Source: an uncultured Gammaproteobacteria bacterium (GTDB lineage: Bacteria > Patescibacteriota > Microgenomatia > Levybacterales > UBA12049). Taken from it: a DNA stretch of 64,000 bases. The position numbers were made by a program, and so were the translations under genes. Numbering within the stretch: position 1 is the first letter of the stretch; each line of letters opens with the position of its first letter. The notes under the pieces are model-generated. The model saw only the letters and a program-made list of their open reading frames with translations. It was not told the DNA's origin and did not search any database. Below are positions 1 to 7,155 of this stretch, in pieces. Location of the stretch: assembly GCA_964474445.1 (NCBI GenBank), contig CAYYSJ010000003.1, positions 81,597-145,596 of the forward strand, written 5' to 3'.

Positions 1-443
1 CTATCCCACCCTGCGGTGCTGCATTTTTTCATCTTTTTTCCAGCTGCTGTTGTGTAAAGTACCAATTTTGCACCACATTCTGGACAATCTTCATCAAGCT
101 GTTCAGTTGTCCCATTAATCCATTCAACATAGTCACATCCTGTTGCTTTTTTTGCTTTGCTATCCCAGCCCCCAGTTGAGCACTTTTTCATTTTCTTTCC
201 AAAACGGGTAACGGTAAGGATCAGTGGAGATCCACATTTTGGACATACCTCATCAAGCTGCTGTGGCTCTACCTCTAGCCATTTGACATAATCACAACCA
301 ACTGTTTTTTTTGTTTTGGGGTCCCATGATCCAGCTGAGCATTTTTGTAATTTTCTCCCTGTTGCAGTTGTTGCAACGGGGGAAAGAGGATTGCCACATT
401 TTGGGCACAGGTCTTGAGTATTTTGTACGTCATTTTCTGTCAT
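1..443 (-). CDS. Partial CDS (N-terminal ~147 aa; 3' end lies beyond the window start) with three tandem ~48-aa C4 zinc-ribbon repeats (CPxCG...KCSxGGWD...GCDYVxW), topoisomerase-type zinc-ribbon-like
   Basis: ATG at 443-441 on minus strand; hand translation MTENDVQNTQDLCPKCGNPL...; three near-identical repeats visible in DNA (~60-190, ~200-340, ~350-440). Not in ORF track because it runs off the edge. Confidence 0.45.
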   Translation of the reverse strand, partial: MTENDVQNTQDLCPKCGNPLSPVATTATGRKLQKCSAGSWDPKTKKTVGCDYVKWLEVEPQQLDEVCPKCGSPLILTVTRFGKKMKKCSTGGWDSKAKKATGCDYVEWINGTTEQLDEDCPECGAKLVLYTTAAGKKMKKCSTAGWD

Positions 444-514
444 AGGTTTTAATAATAGTTTTTTTGTTCATAGAAAGTCAATGGTTTTGCATATAGAAGA
501 AAAAGGGGAAAGTT

Positions 515-523
515 TGGTATACT
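515..523 (+). promoter_or_regulatory. Extended -10 element TGGTATACT, 10 nt upstream of the MFS gene ATG (534); no SD
   Basis: Sequence tttGGTATACTgaaataccatATG; same TGGTATACT motif recurs before dnaB. Confidence 0.4.
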
Positions 524-533
524 GAAATACCAT

Positions 534-1715
534 ATGTTTTCGAATCGTAATTTACTGATTATTGGTCTTATTGCAATTGTTAATGCGTTGGGATATGGCA
601 TTGTCATTCCTATTTTATATTCCTATTCTAAGCATTTTGGTTTAACAGATTTCCAAAATGGATTATTATTTTCTGTGTTTTCTATTTGTTCATTTCTTGC
701 AACACCTATTATTGGAAGGATGTCGGACAAATATGGAAGAAGACCACTTCTTATTGTCTCCATTATTGGAACTGTGATCTCATTTTTCATGCAGGCATTT
801 GCTCCAAATGCCATGTGGCTTTTTTTAGCTCGAGCACTTGATGGATTAACAGCAGGGAATATTTCCGTTGCATCTGCAGTGATCTCTGATACAACAACAC
901 TAGAAGAGCGGGCAAAAGGGTTTGGTATTATTGGTGCATCATTTGGGTTTGGTTTTGTTTTTGGTCCTGCAATTTCTGCACTCACTGTTGGTATCTCTCC
1001 ATCATTGCCTTTCATTATTGCAGGGATGATTACTGCTATTGCAGCAGTTATCACGGTACTGTTCTTACCTGAGACAAATAAACATATTGGACAAGTGCAC
1101 CATGGAAAATTATTTGACTTTGGAAAATTGTGGCATGCATTATTTGACAAGAGAGTAGGGGCAACACTCCTTATTACCTTTATTTATTTTCTCGCATTTG
1201 CTTGTTCTATTATTTATGGTTTTCAGCCGTTTGCAAAAAAAATACTTTTCCTTTCTGATGTACAAATATCCATTCTCTTTGTTCTGTTTGGCGTTATTGG
1301 ACTCGTGACACAAGTGGTGGTGGTGCAACCAGTAACAAAATGGTTGGGAGTAAAAAAAGCATTTTCAACAAGTATTTTTATTGTTGCTTTTGCATTCTTC
1401 GTGATGTTTTTGACGAAGTCACTTGTCTTATTCGTTTTAGCAAATATTATATTGGGAGTTGCAAATTCAATCATGCAACCATTAATTCAGACGATTCTTT
1501 CCCAAGAAACAGATGAGAAATCACAAGGAGCGATCCTGGGATTAAATGCTTCGTATATGAGCATCGGGCAAATTTTTGGTCCTATTATTGGTGGGTTTGT
1601 TGCATCTCTTTTTATTCCATCAATTTTTGTTGTCGGTACATTGTTAACATTGATTTGTTTTTATTTATCGTTTCAAGTACTACGTCCACATGCTGCAGAA
1701 GAGTCAGCTGTATAA
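534..1715 (+). CDS. MFS transporter (12-TM, drug/sugar efflux-like)
   Basis: MFS motif A GRMSDKYGRRPLL between TM2-TM3; hydrophobic repeats across 393 aa. Confidence 0.85.
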   Translation: MFSNRNLLIIGLIAIVNALGYGIVIPILYSYSKHFGLTDFQNGLLFSVFSICSFLATPIIGRMSDKYGRRPLLIVSIIGTVISFFMQAFAPNAMWLFLARALDGLTAGNISVASAVISDTTTLEERAKGFGIIGASFGFGFVFGPAISALTVGISPSLPFIIAGMITAIAAVITVLFLPETNKHIGQVHHGKLFDFGKLWHALFDKRVGATLLITFIYFLAFACSIIYGFQPFAKKILFLSDVQISILFVLFGVIGLVTQVVVVQPVTKWLGVKKAFSTSIFIVAFAFFVMFLTKSLVLFVLANIILGVANSIMQPLIQTILSQETDEKSQGAILGLNASYMSIGQIFGPIIGGFVASLFIPSIFVVGTLLTLICFYLSFQVLRPHAAEESAV

Positions 1716-1829
1716 CAATCAGAAGGCTATCTGGTACTTCTTATCTGTTTATTCCACTATTCTTATTCCCACATCATAGTTATTCGCTACATAAACATCA
1801 TTTGTAAATAAGAAAGGAACAATAATTGC

Positions 1830-2387
1830 ATGAAAGGAGGACGAGTGCTATGGTGGATGATATTAATACGGGGAATTGCGTTACTTCTTTTAGGACTTCT
1901 TGCTATTGCATGGCCAGGGCTCACCCTTCTTATTTTGGCGTATTTCTTCGCTCTTTATGTGTTGGTTGCAGGCATTATCAATACGATCTCTGGTATTGTC
2001 AGTATCAATAAAAGGAGGGGATGGTTTTTAAGTCTTTTATTAGGAATCATAGAACTTGGAGTAGGTGTCTATGTGTTGCGAATACCGGGACTTCCTTTGG
2101 CTCTCTTTATTGCTGTTATTGGATTTACGTTTATGGTGCAAGGAATTTTGGAAATTATTGTAGCATTTGCTGACCGCGATGTTGGAACCCGAGTGCTAGA
2201 GATTATCACTGGTATTTTAGGCGTTATTGCAGGATTCTTTATTCTCCGCTATCCGCTAGCAGGTGGTATTGCGTTTGTGTGGGTCATAGGGATTTATGGG
2301 CTTATCGGAGGAGCAATTCGTATTGCAATAGCATTAAGCGTTTATGCTGAAGAAGAAGCGGGGAAAGTAGCTCCCGCAAAAAGATAA
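1830..2387 (+). CDS. HdeD/DUF308-like small multi-TM membrane protein
   Basis: 185 aa, 6 predicted TM segments with Gly/Ile-rich repeats (GIIELGVGVYVL, GILGVIAGFFIL) typical of DUF308; in-frame alternative start at 1857 after AAGGAGGA. Confidence 0.5.
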   Translation: MKGGRVLWWMILIRGIALLLLGLLAIAWPGLTLLILAYFFALYVLVAGIINTISGIVSINKRRGWFLSLLLGIIELGVGVYVLRIPGLPLALFIAVIGFTFMVQGILEIIVAFADRDVGTRVLEIITGILGVIAGFFILRYPLAGGIAFVWVIGIYGLIGGAIRIAIALSVYAEEEAGKVAPAKR

Positions 2388-2408
2388 GGGCGAATTCGAA
2401 AATATACA

Positions 2409-3086
2409 TTAAGGAATCATAACCTCCGCTCTTGTTCTTCGTCCCTTCATGACTGTTTGCATCCCTTTATATGACTCTTCAGTTACATTGGCAACACCTG
2501 CTTCAGAGAGTGTTTTTAAAATAGGCTGTAAAAAATTTGTCAGGACAAGATACCCATTTTCAGTGAGTTGAGGTTCATTTGGATTAGTAATATATGCATT
2601 TTGATAGAGGCGTTGCACATTATTGATAAGTATTTTGTCCCCACTAGTATAAATAGGTATACCCTGATGTATCACATGAAGGAGTGTAATTTTTGTTAAC
2701 AAAGAATTGCTTGATTTCTGAAGTGGAGTCAATAAAGAGCCGGGGTTTTCCTGAAAAAATTTATCTGCAATAGGAATTGCAGGTTGTAAAAATTGCTCAG
2801 CAACTTGTGTGGCATATAATGTGGGTTGTCGTACCATAGAGTTGGACGTAGTGACAAATCCTGGGTAGGGAAGAGACGTACCATGGAGAAGATAGGAAAG
2901 TGAAAGTCCGGGTTTGTCTGGGTAGTATTGGTTGAGTGCTTGTGAAAGACGTGGTTTTGGGAGTCCATCAGAGCCTGCTTGTAAGAGAAGATCGAATATA
3001 TGGCGTCTTGGTCCCATGACTGCGCGAATGACACCAGAAGTAATAGTGTTGTAATAATTTGTTTTATCTCTTGTTTGCTCGAGCAT
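2409..3086 (-). CDS. Hypothetical protein (225 aa), probably co-transcribed with upstream thioredoxin-like gene
   Basis: Long ORF, no recognisable motif; immediately downstream on the same strand of 3153..3722. Confidence 0.4.
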   Translation of the reverse strand: MLEQTRDKTNYYNTITSGVIRAVMGPRRHIFDLLLQAGSDGLPKPRLSQALNQYYPDKPGLSLSYLLHGTSLPYPGFVTTSNSMVRQPTLYATQVAEQFLQPAIPIADKFFQENPGSLLTPLQKSSNSLLTKITLLHVIHQGIPIYTSGDKILINNVQRLYQNAYITNPNEPQLTENGYLVLTNFLQPILKTLSEAGVANVTEESYKGMQTVMKGRRTRAEVMIP

Positions 3087-3152
3087 CGAAGATGACTATA
3101 CTGAGCAATTTTATGAATGGGGTAAACAAATGTAAAAAAGAGGTGAAAAATG

Positions 3153-3722
3153 TTAGAAAGTGATAAAAGGTGGTCTTTCTTGTGAAGCAGCATTCATAAA
3201 TTTGTGAAACATCTTCTGTGTTCCTTCTTTTATTCCTCTTCTCATTGAACGGAGGGTATGTTGAGGCAATCCAAGTGCAACGCGTAATTCTTCTCGTGTC
3301 CCTTTACCCCAACCCACAATTCTTGTTTGCGTTACCGTTTGTGTTTCGCCTACAACTCTTTTGCCGTTCACAATTCCTGAAGGTTCCTCATCTTTACTGA
3401 CAAAAAGTGTTGGATAGTACCCGGTCCAACCTAGCTCGTTATATACATAGTCATCAATTGCTGCTTGTTGTTCAGGAGTTCTCTGAATTGTTGAGTCAGG
3501 ATTAAGACTTTGGACAATCCATACGTTTGGATCTTCAAGATTCCTATTCCTCAAATCGCGATTGCTTCGTTGAGCTCTTCTTCGAAGTGGTTTTTCGTAA
3601 TCATGGAGAAATTGTCTGAGCTCGCCCTTTGCTGTATGACAATGGGGGCACCATTCTGCTGTGACGACTTCGAGTTGATAGTGAATGTTTTTTCTTTGCT
3701 TTTTAGGTTCCTTTTCTGTCAT
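3153..3722 (-). CDS. Thioredoxin-fold protein (WCPHC active-site motif) with ~90-aa basic C-terminal extension
   Basis: AEWCPHCH CxxC motif plus cis-Pro region GYYPTLFV. ORF track begins at a TTG (3758); first ATG is at 3722 (MTEKEPKK...). Confidence 0.55.
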   Translation of the reverse strand: MTEKEPKKQRKNIHYQLEVVTAEWCPHCHTAKGELRQFLHDYEKPLRRRAQRSNRDLRNRNLEDPNVWIVQSLNPDSTIQRTPEQQAAIDDYVYNELGWTGYYPTLFVSKDEEPSGIVNGKRVVGETQTVTQTRIVGWGKGTREELRVALGLPQHTLRSMRRGIKEGTQKMFHKFMNAASQERPPFITF

Positions 3723-3798
3723 GAAAGGTATGCTACAGCTTGATTTGAATACAAACAATGCATACTGGATATGGATAAGAAGTACGCAGAATACTTTT

Positions 3799-3807
3799 TG
3801 TTATAAT
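3799..3807 (+). promoter_or_regulatory. Extended -10 (TGTTATAAT), 12 nt upstream of ATG 3820
   Basis: tttTGTTATAATgacaataaccttATG. Confidence 0.35.
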
Positions 3808-3819
3808 GACAATAACCTT

Positions 3820-4056
3820 ATGAGAAAAATTGAAAACCCTTTTGGAGAAGAGGAAGGATCTAAAGGGAAAGGTGAAGAACAATTAAGAAATAAGCGTCGT
3901 CAAGTTCGTCTCCAAAGCTTGATTGACGATTTTACAGAATTTAAATTGATGGCAGATTACTCTCACTTAATACCAAGAGTGTTGGATGTGATAGATAAAA
4001 GGCCTGTCACACCATTAGAAGAAGCATCAAAAGAAGATCATCTCAATAAACTGTGA
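3820..4056 (+). CDS. Small hypothetical protein (78 aa, charged; MRKIENPFGEEEGSKGKGEE...)
   Basis: In-frame ATG at 3820 inside ORF 3685..4056; the upstream part of that ORF overlaps the start of the thioredoxin-like gene on the other strand, so the downstream ATG is preferred. Own -10. Confidence 0.35.
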   Translation: MRKIENPFGEEEGSKGKGEEQLRNKRRQVRLQSLIDDFTEFKLMADYSHLIPRVLDVIDKRPVTPLEEASKEDHLNKL

Positions 4057-4110
4057 AGTGACTCATTATTCATCTTATTTCTGTTATACTTTTACTGAGG
4101 AGGTGAGAGT

Positions 4111-4302
4111 ATGTATACGTTTACCTGTCCATTAACAAACTGCAATAATCAAGTCATGACATCTCATGCACAACATGCAGAAGAAGCTGCGTCGGAATTA
4201 ACTGCCATTGCGGAGGCACATCTGAAACATCTTCATCCTGATGTTCACAAAACACATGAAGAGGTTGCTGCTGATATCAGAGCCCATATGGTAGAGAAAT
4301 AG
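4111..4302 (+). CDS. Small (63 aa) DUF1059-like Cys/His-containing protein
   Basis: Strong SD GAGGAGGTGAGAGTATG. Pattern M.F.C....C......H....EE.......A..H...H resembles DUF1059 small metal-binding proteins. Confidence 0.45.
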   Translation: MYTFTCPLTNCNNQVMTSHAQHAEEAASELTAIAEAHLKHLHPDVHKTHEEVAADIRAHMVEK

Positions 4303-4318
4303 GAAACTTGCACTCGTT

Positions 4319-4327
4319 TGGTATAAT
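4319..4327 (+). promoter_or_regulatory. Extended -10 TGGTATAAT, 7 nt upstream of ATG 4335 (probable leaderless start of Rpf-like gene)
   Basis: cgtttGGTATAATgctttgcATGgag. Confidence 0.45.
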
Positions 4328-4334
4328 GCTTTGC

Positions 4335-4799
4335 ATGGAGAGAATACATGCATCCATTGGGAGGTTGTTCGTATTCTCAGTGTTTCTTTCTGTTATCCTT
4401 TTCCTTCTTTTACAAAATGCAATCCTTATTTCCAGTTCGCATCACAAAGCAGTTTTGGCGCTAAAAATACCAACACCAACCACTATCCCAACTCCAACAA
4501 ATGCACCAACACCTCAGGTAACTCATCCGACGAGTGTTGTTGTCGTAACTGCGGTCCCTTCAGATGATGGAGTTTGGGAAAGACTTGCACAGTGTGAATC
4601 CGGAGGGCATTGGGGAGATGATACGGGAAATGGATATTTTGGTGGACTGCAATTTAGTCAAGGAGCATGGGAAAGTGTAGGGGGAGTAGGAAGGCCATCG
4701 AATGCTTCAAAAGAAGAACAAATCAGTAGAGGGAAAATGCTTCAAGCAGCACGGGGCTGGGCCCCCTGGGGTACATGCAGTAAAAGTCTTGGGCTGTAG
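4335..4799 (+). CDS. Secreted/membrane-anchored protein with C-terminal Rpf-type transglycosylase-like domain
   Basis: N-terminal TM (FVFSVFLSVILFLLL) and Thr/Pro-rich linker. C-terminal LAQCESGGHWGDDTGNGYFGGLQFSQGAWESVGG...EEQISRGKMLQAARGWAPWGTC matches the resuscitation-promoting-factor / transglycosylase-like domain, including its conserved catalytic Glu and Cys pair. ORF track start 4308 is TTG; ATG at 4335 preferred. Confidence 0.75.
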   Translation: MERIHASIGRLFVFSVFLSVILFLLLQNAILISSSHHKAVLALKIPTPTTIPTPTNAPTPQVTHPTSVVVVTAVPSDDGVWERLAQCESGGHWGDDTGNGYFGGLQFSQGAWESVGGVGRPSNASKEEQISRGKMLQAARGWAPWGTCSKSLGL

Positions 4800-4858
4800 G
4801 TCTTCCTCTCATCTTTTCTTTCATGGAATTTACTTTGCAAGAAAGCAATTTTTAACAT

Positions 4859-5620
4859 GTGGTATATATCGTTAATTGTCTGACATATATGAAACAAAAT
4901 CCTTGCGATATATCAAAGGGGAAAGTCTCTCCAACATATATGTCATTAAAGGATATAGAGCTTGCAAAGGCATTAGAAGATAGCCTCTTGCATGATGATA
5001 GAACACACCATCTCAGACTATCTATTATTGTGAAAGGATGTGTGGCTCACGTCAGAGGGATTGTTCAATCCGAAGAGGAAAGACAGATCGTTGAGGAGAT
5101 ATTACGGAGGCAACATGGTCTATACAGTGTTTGGGGCTTATTAACGCTTCCTGGTGAAAAGTTGTCGATTCTGGATATTGGGTGTGGTACGACAAAACAA
5201 GTACCTGAAGCAATTGGGGTTGACAAGTATCCTGCAGAAGGAGTTGCTATTGTTACAAATCTTGAAAAGGGACTTCCATTCCCTGAAAATAGTTTTGACC
5301 ATATATTTGCTATTCATATTCTTGAGCATATTTATAACTTAATAAGTCTTCTCAACAATGTGCATAAGATCCTTCGTCCTTTTGGAGTGCTTCATGTGAT
5401 GGTGCCGAAGTGGAGAAGTGTTGTTTCAGTTGCAGATCCAACACATGTGCGATTTTTTGATGTACAAACACTGAAATATTTTTGTGAAAAAAAGTATGGA
5501 GTTTCTCTATGGAAACCTCTTATGGTATCCACGTCAGATGATACTATCTTTGCAGATTTGACTCCAATAAAAGGAGCAAAATCTCCTCGTCCTTCAGATA
5601 TTGCTCGGTGGTTTTATTAA
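4859..5620 (+). CDS. Class I SAM-dependent methyltransferase with N-terminal BON-like segment
   Basis: Motif I LDIGCGTT, motif post-I, FDHIFAIHILEHI. N-terminal ...VKGCVAHVRGIVQSEEERQIVEEIL... resembles a BON domain. True start may be an internal Met (MKQNP...). Confidence 0.6.
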   Translation: MVYIVNCLTYMKQNPCDISKGKVSPTYMSLKDIELAKALEDSLLHDDRTHHLRLSIIVKGCVAHVRGIVQSEEERQIVEEILRRQHGLYSVWGLLTLPGEKLSILDIGCGTTKQVPEAIGVDKYPAEGVAIVTNLEKGLPFPENSFDHIFAIHILEHIYNLISLLNNVHKILRPFGVLHVMVPKWRSVVSVADPTHVRFFDVQTLKYFCEKKYGVSLWKPLMVSTSDDTIFADLTPIKGAKSPRPSDIARWFY

Positions 5621-5647
5621 TGTGGTGTGTATCTATGGGATGATTTG

Positions 5648-6082
5648 TTATCTCTGATAGAGAAAAATGTTATCTTTTGTTTTTTCGAGTTTCCAATGTT
5701 TGAAAGGGAAGTAATTCAGTAAAACTCGACTTCCAGGCTTCAACTCTGTCTGTAATTTTTTCTCTAGTCTTCCCATAATTGTTGGCATTGGGTAGCAACA
5801 AATGATGGAATACTTTGATAGATCCTCAAACCAAAAGTCTTTCTTCAGCAGGGTTGCCTGAACAGCAGCTGCTGCAATATTTTCTTTTGCCAATTGGAAA
5901 AGCTTGTCGTCAAGCTCATATCCCGTTGCAATAGCTCCTCCTTTGGCCAGCGCAATAAGAATTCGTCCGTCACCACTTCCTAAATCTGCAGCTTTTTCAC
6001 CTGGCTGTATTTCTGCCAAGTCTATCATTGCTTGTACTCGGTATCTACTTGTTTGAAAGTAGGGAATGTATGGAATGTTCAT
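5648..6082 (-). CDS. Small SAM-dependent methyltransferase (144 aa)
   Basis: Motif I DLGSGDGRILIALAK and acidic loop YELDDKL; convergent with previous gene. Confidence 0.65.
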   Translation of the reverse strand: MNIPYIPYFQTSRYRVQAMIDLAEIQPGEKAADLGSGDGRILIALAKGGAIATGYELDDKLFQLAKENIAAAAVQATLLKKDFWFEDLSKYSIICCYPMPTIMGRLEKKLQTELKPGSRVLLNYFPFKHWKLEKTKDNIFLYQR

Positions 6083-6189
6083 AGATACATTGTACCATCA
6101 GAGAGAAAGGGAGAGAGTCAAAGTGATTCATCTGGGTGTTCTTCTAGAGAAATTGCTTTTACTACTTTACCTGTGATGCATGAATTATT

Positions 6190-7152
6190 TTGATACAATT
6201 ATATAAAATGGTTAACAATAAGAAAGTTTATTTTCTCATTCCCCAGGTACTTGTTGCCCTTGTGACTATTGTTCTAGGCAATATATTTTGGTTTAACTTT
6301 TCTCAAACTATTAATGAAACGCATCTACTTACGAACTCTGCAATAACTATTGTGTCTACAATAACTTTTCCAATCATGATATTCAGTGTATACCTTTCTT
6401 TTTGTGCATTATTATCAATAGTTATCCCAAATAAACAAGTACAATTACTTATTTTGGTATTGTCATTAGTGGATTATGTTATGGTAACTGGGGTAGATTA
6501 TAAAAATTTGATTGGAGAAGTGGCAATTTGTGCAGGATTATTCATATTTCTTATCAATTTCCAAAGTAGAGTAACTCTCGTCAATAGTAAAAGTGCATTG
6601 TTCAATAGGGTCTCTTCAGCTTTTTCCATCACGTCAATTATTATTTCAGTTATTCTGGCTATAAACTTTTATTCTCTCTATACGAAATCGCTAGCTTCGG
6701 ATAATGTACTCGTTACAAATGGTATCATGAGGCAAATTTTGAAACCGATTATCTATATTTACTTAGATGATCTGAAAATTCAAGACCTCAATGAAAGTTT
6801 TACTCATTATCAAGTAAGGATGTCTAAACTTACCCATCAAGACATTTCGGTAATAAGAAGCATTACACTATCAAAGTTGAGTATTACTCAGGCGAACGAT
6901 ACAGAACCTATGCAAAGTTTAATAAAAAAGTCTTTCGATAATTCCATTTTAAAATTAGCTCATAATTATGGGAAAACTATTCCATTAGTTATATCTTTGG
7001 GACTGGGCGTTATTGTTCAAACATTATTATCAATCAGCTCTCTTATTGCAAACTTTACTACTGCAGGACTCATAATTCTTTGTAAGAAGCTTAACCTTAT
7101 CGATACAGTCAAGATTGATTATCAGGTTGAAAAAGAAGTGTATCAAGGCTAG
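6190..7152 (+). CDS. Polytopic membrane protein (320 aa), function unknown; operon partner of GH5-GH114 hydrolase
   Basis: 4-5 hydrophobic segments; stop 7152, next gene starts 7156. Confidence 0.5.
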   Translation: MIQLYKMVNNKKVYFLIPQVLVALVTIVLGNIFWFNFSQTINETHLLTNSAITIVSTITFPIMIFSVYLSFCALLSIVIPNKQVQLLILVLSLVDYVMVTGVDYKNLIGEVAICAGLFIFLINFQSRVTLVNSKSALFNRVSSAFSITSIIISVILAINFYSLYTKSLASDNVLVTNGIMRQILKPIIYIYLDDLKIQDLNESFTHYQVRMSKLTHQDISVIRSITLSKLSITQANDTEPMQSLIKKSFDNSILKLAHNYGKTIPLVISLGLGVIVQTLLSISSLIANFTTAGLIILCKKLNLIDTVKIDYQVEKEVYQG

Positions 7153-7155
7153 CAT

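Noticed and set aside
623-1474. Minus-strand ORFs (623..1150, 1140..1328, 1223..1474) antisense to the MFS transporter gene
   Set aside because: They lie entirely inside a gene with clear MFS motifs and TM periodicity on the plus strand. Their composition is low-complexity and they have no start context.
3685-3819. Upstream part of plus-strand ORF 3685..4056 (MFFLCFLGSFSV...)
   Set aside because: It overlaps the 5' end of the thioredoxin-like gene on the opposite strand. A good extended -10 lies just before the internal ATG at 3820, so the shorter ORF is preferred.
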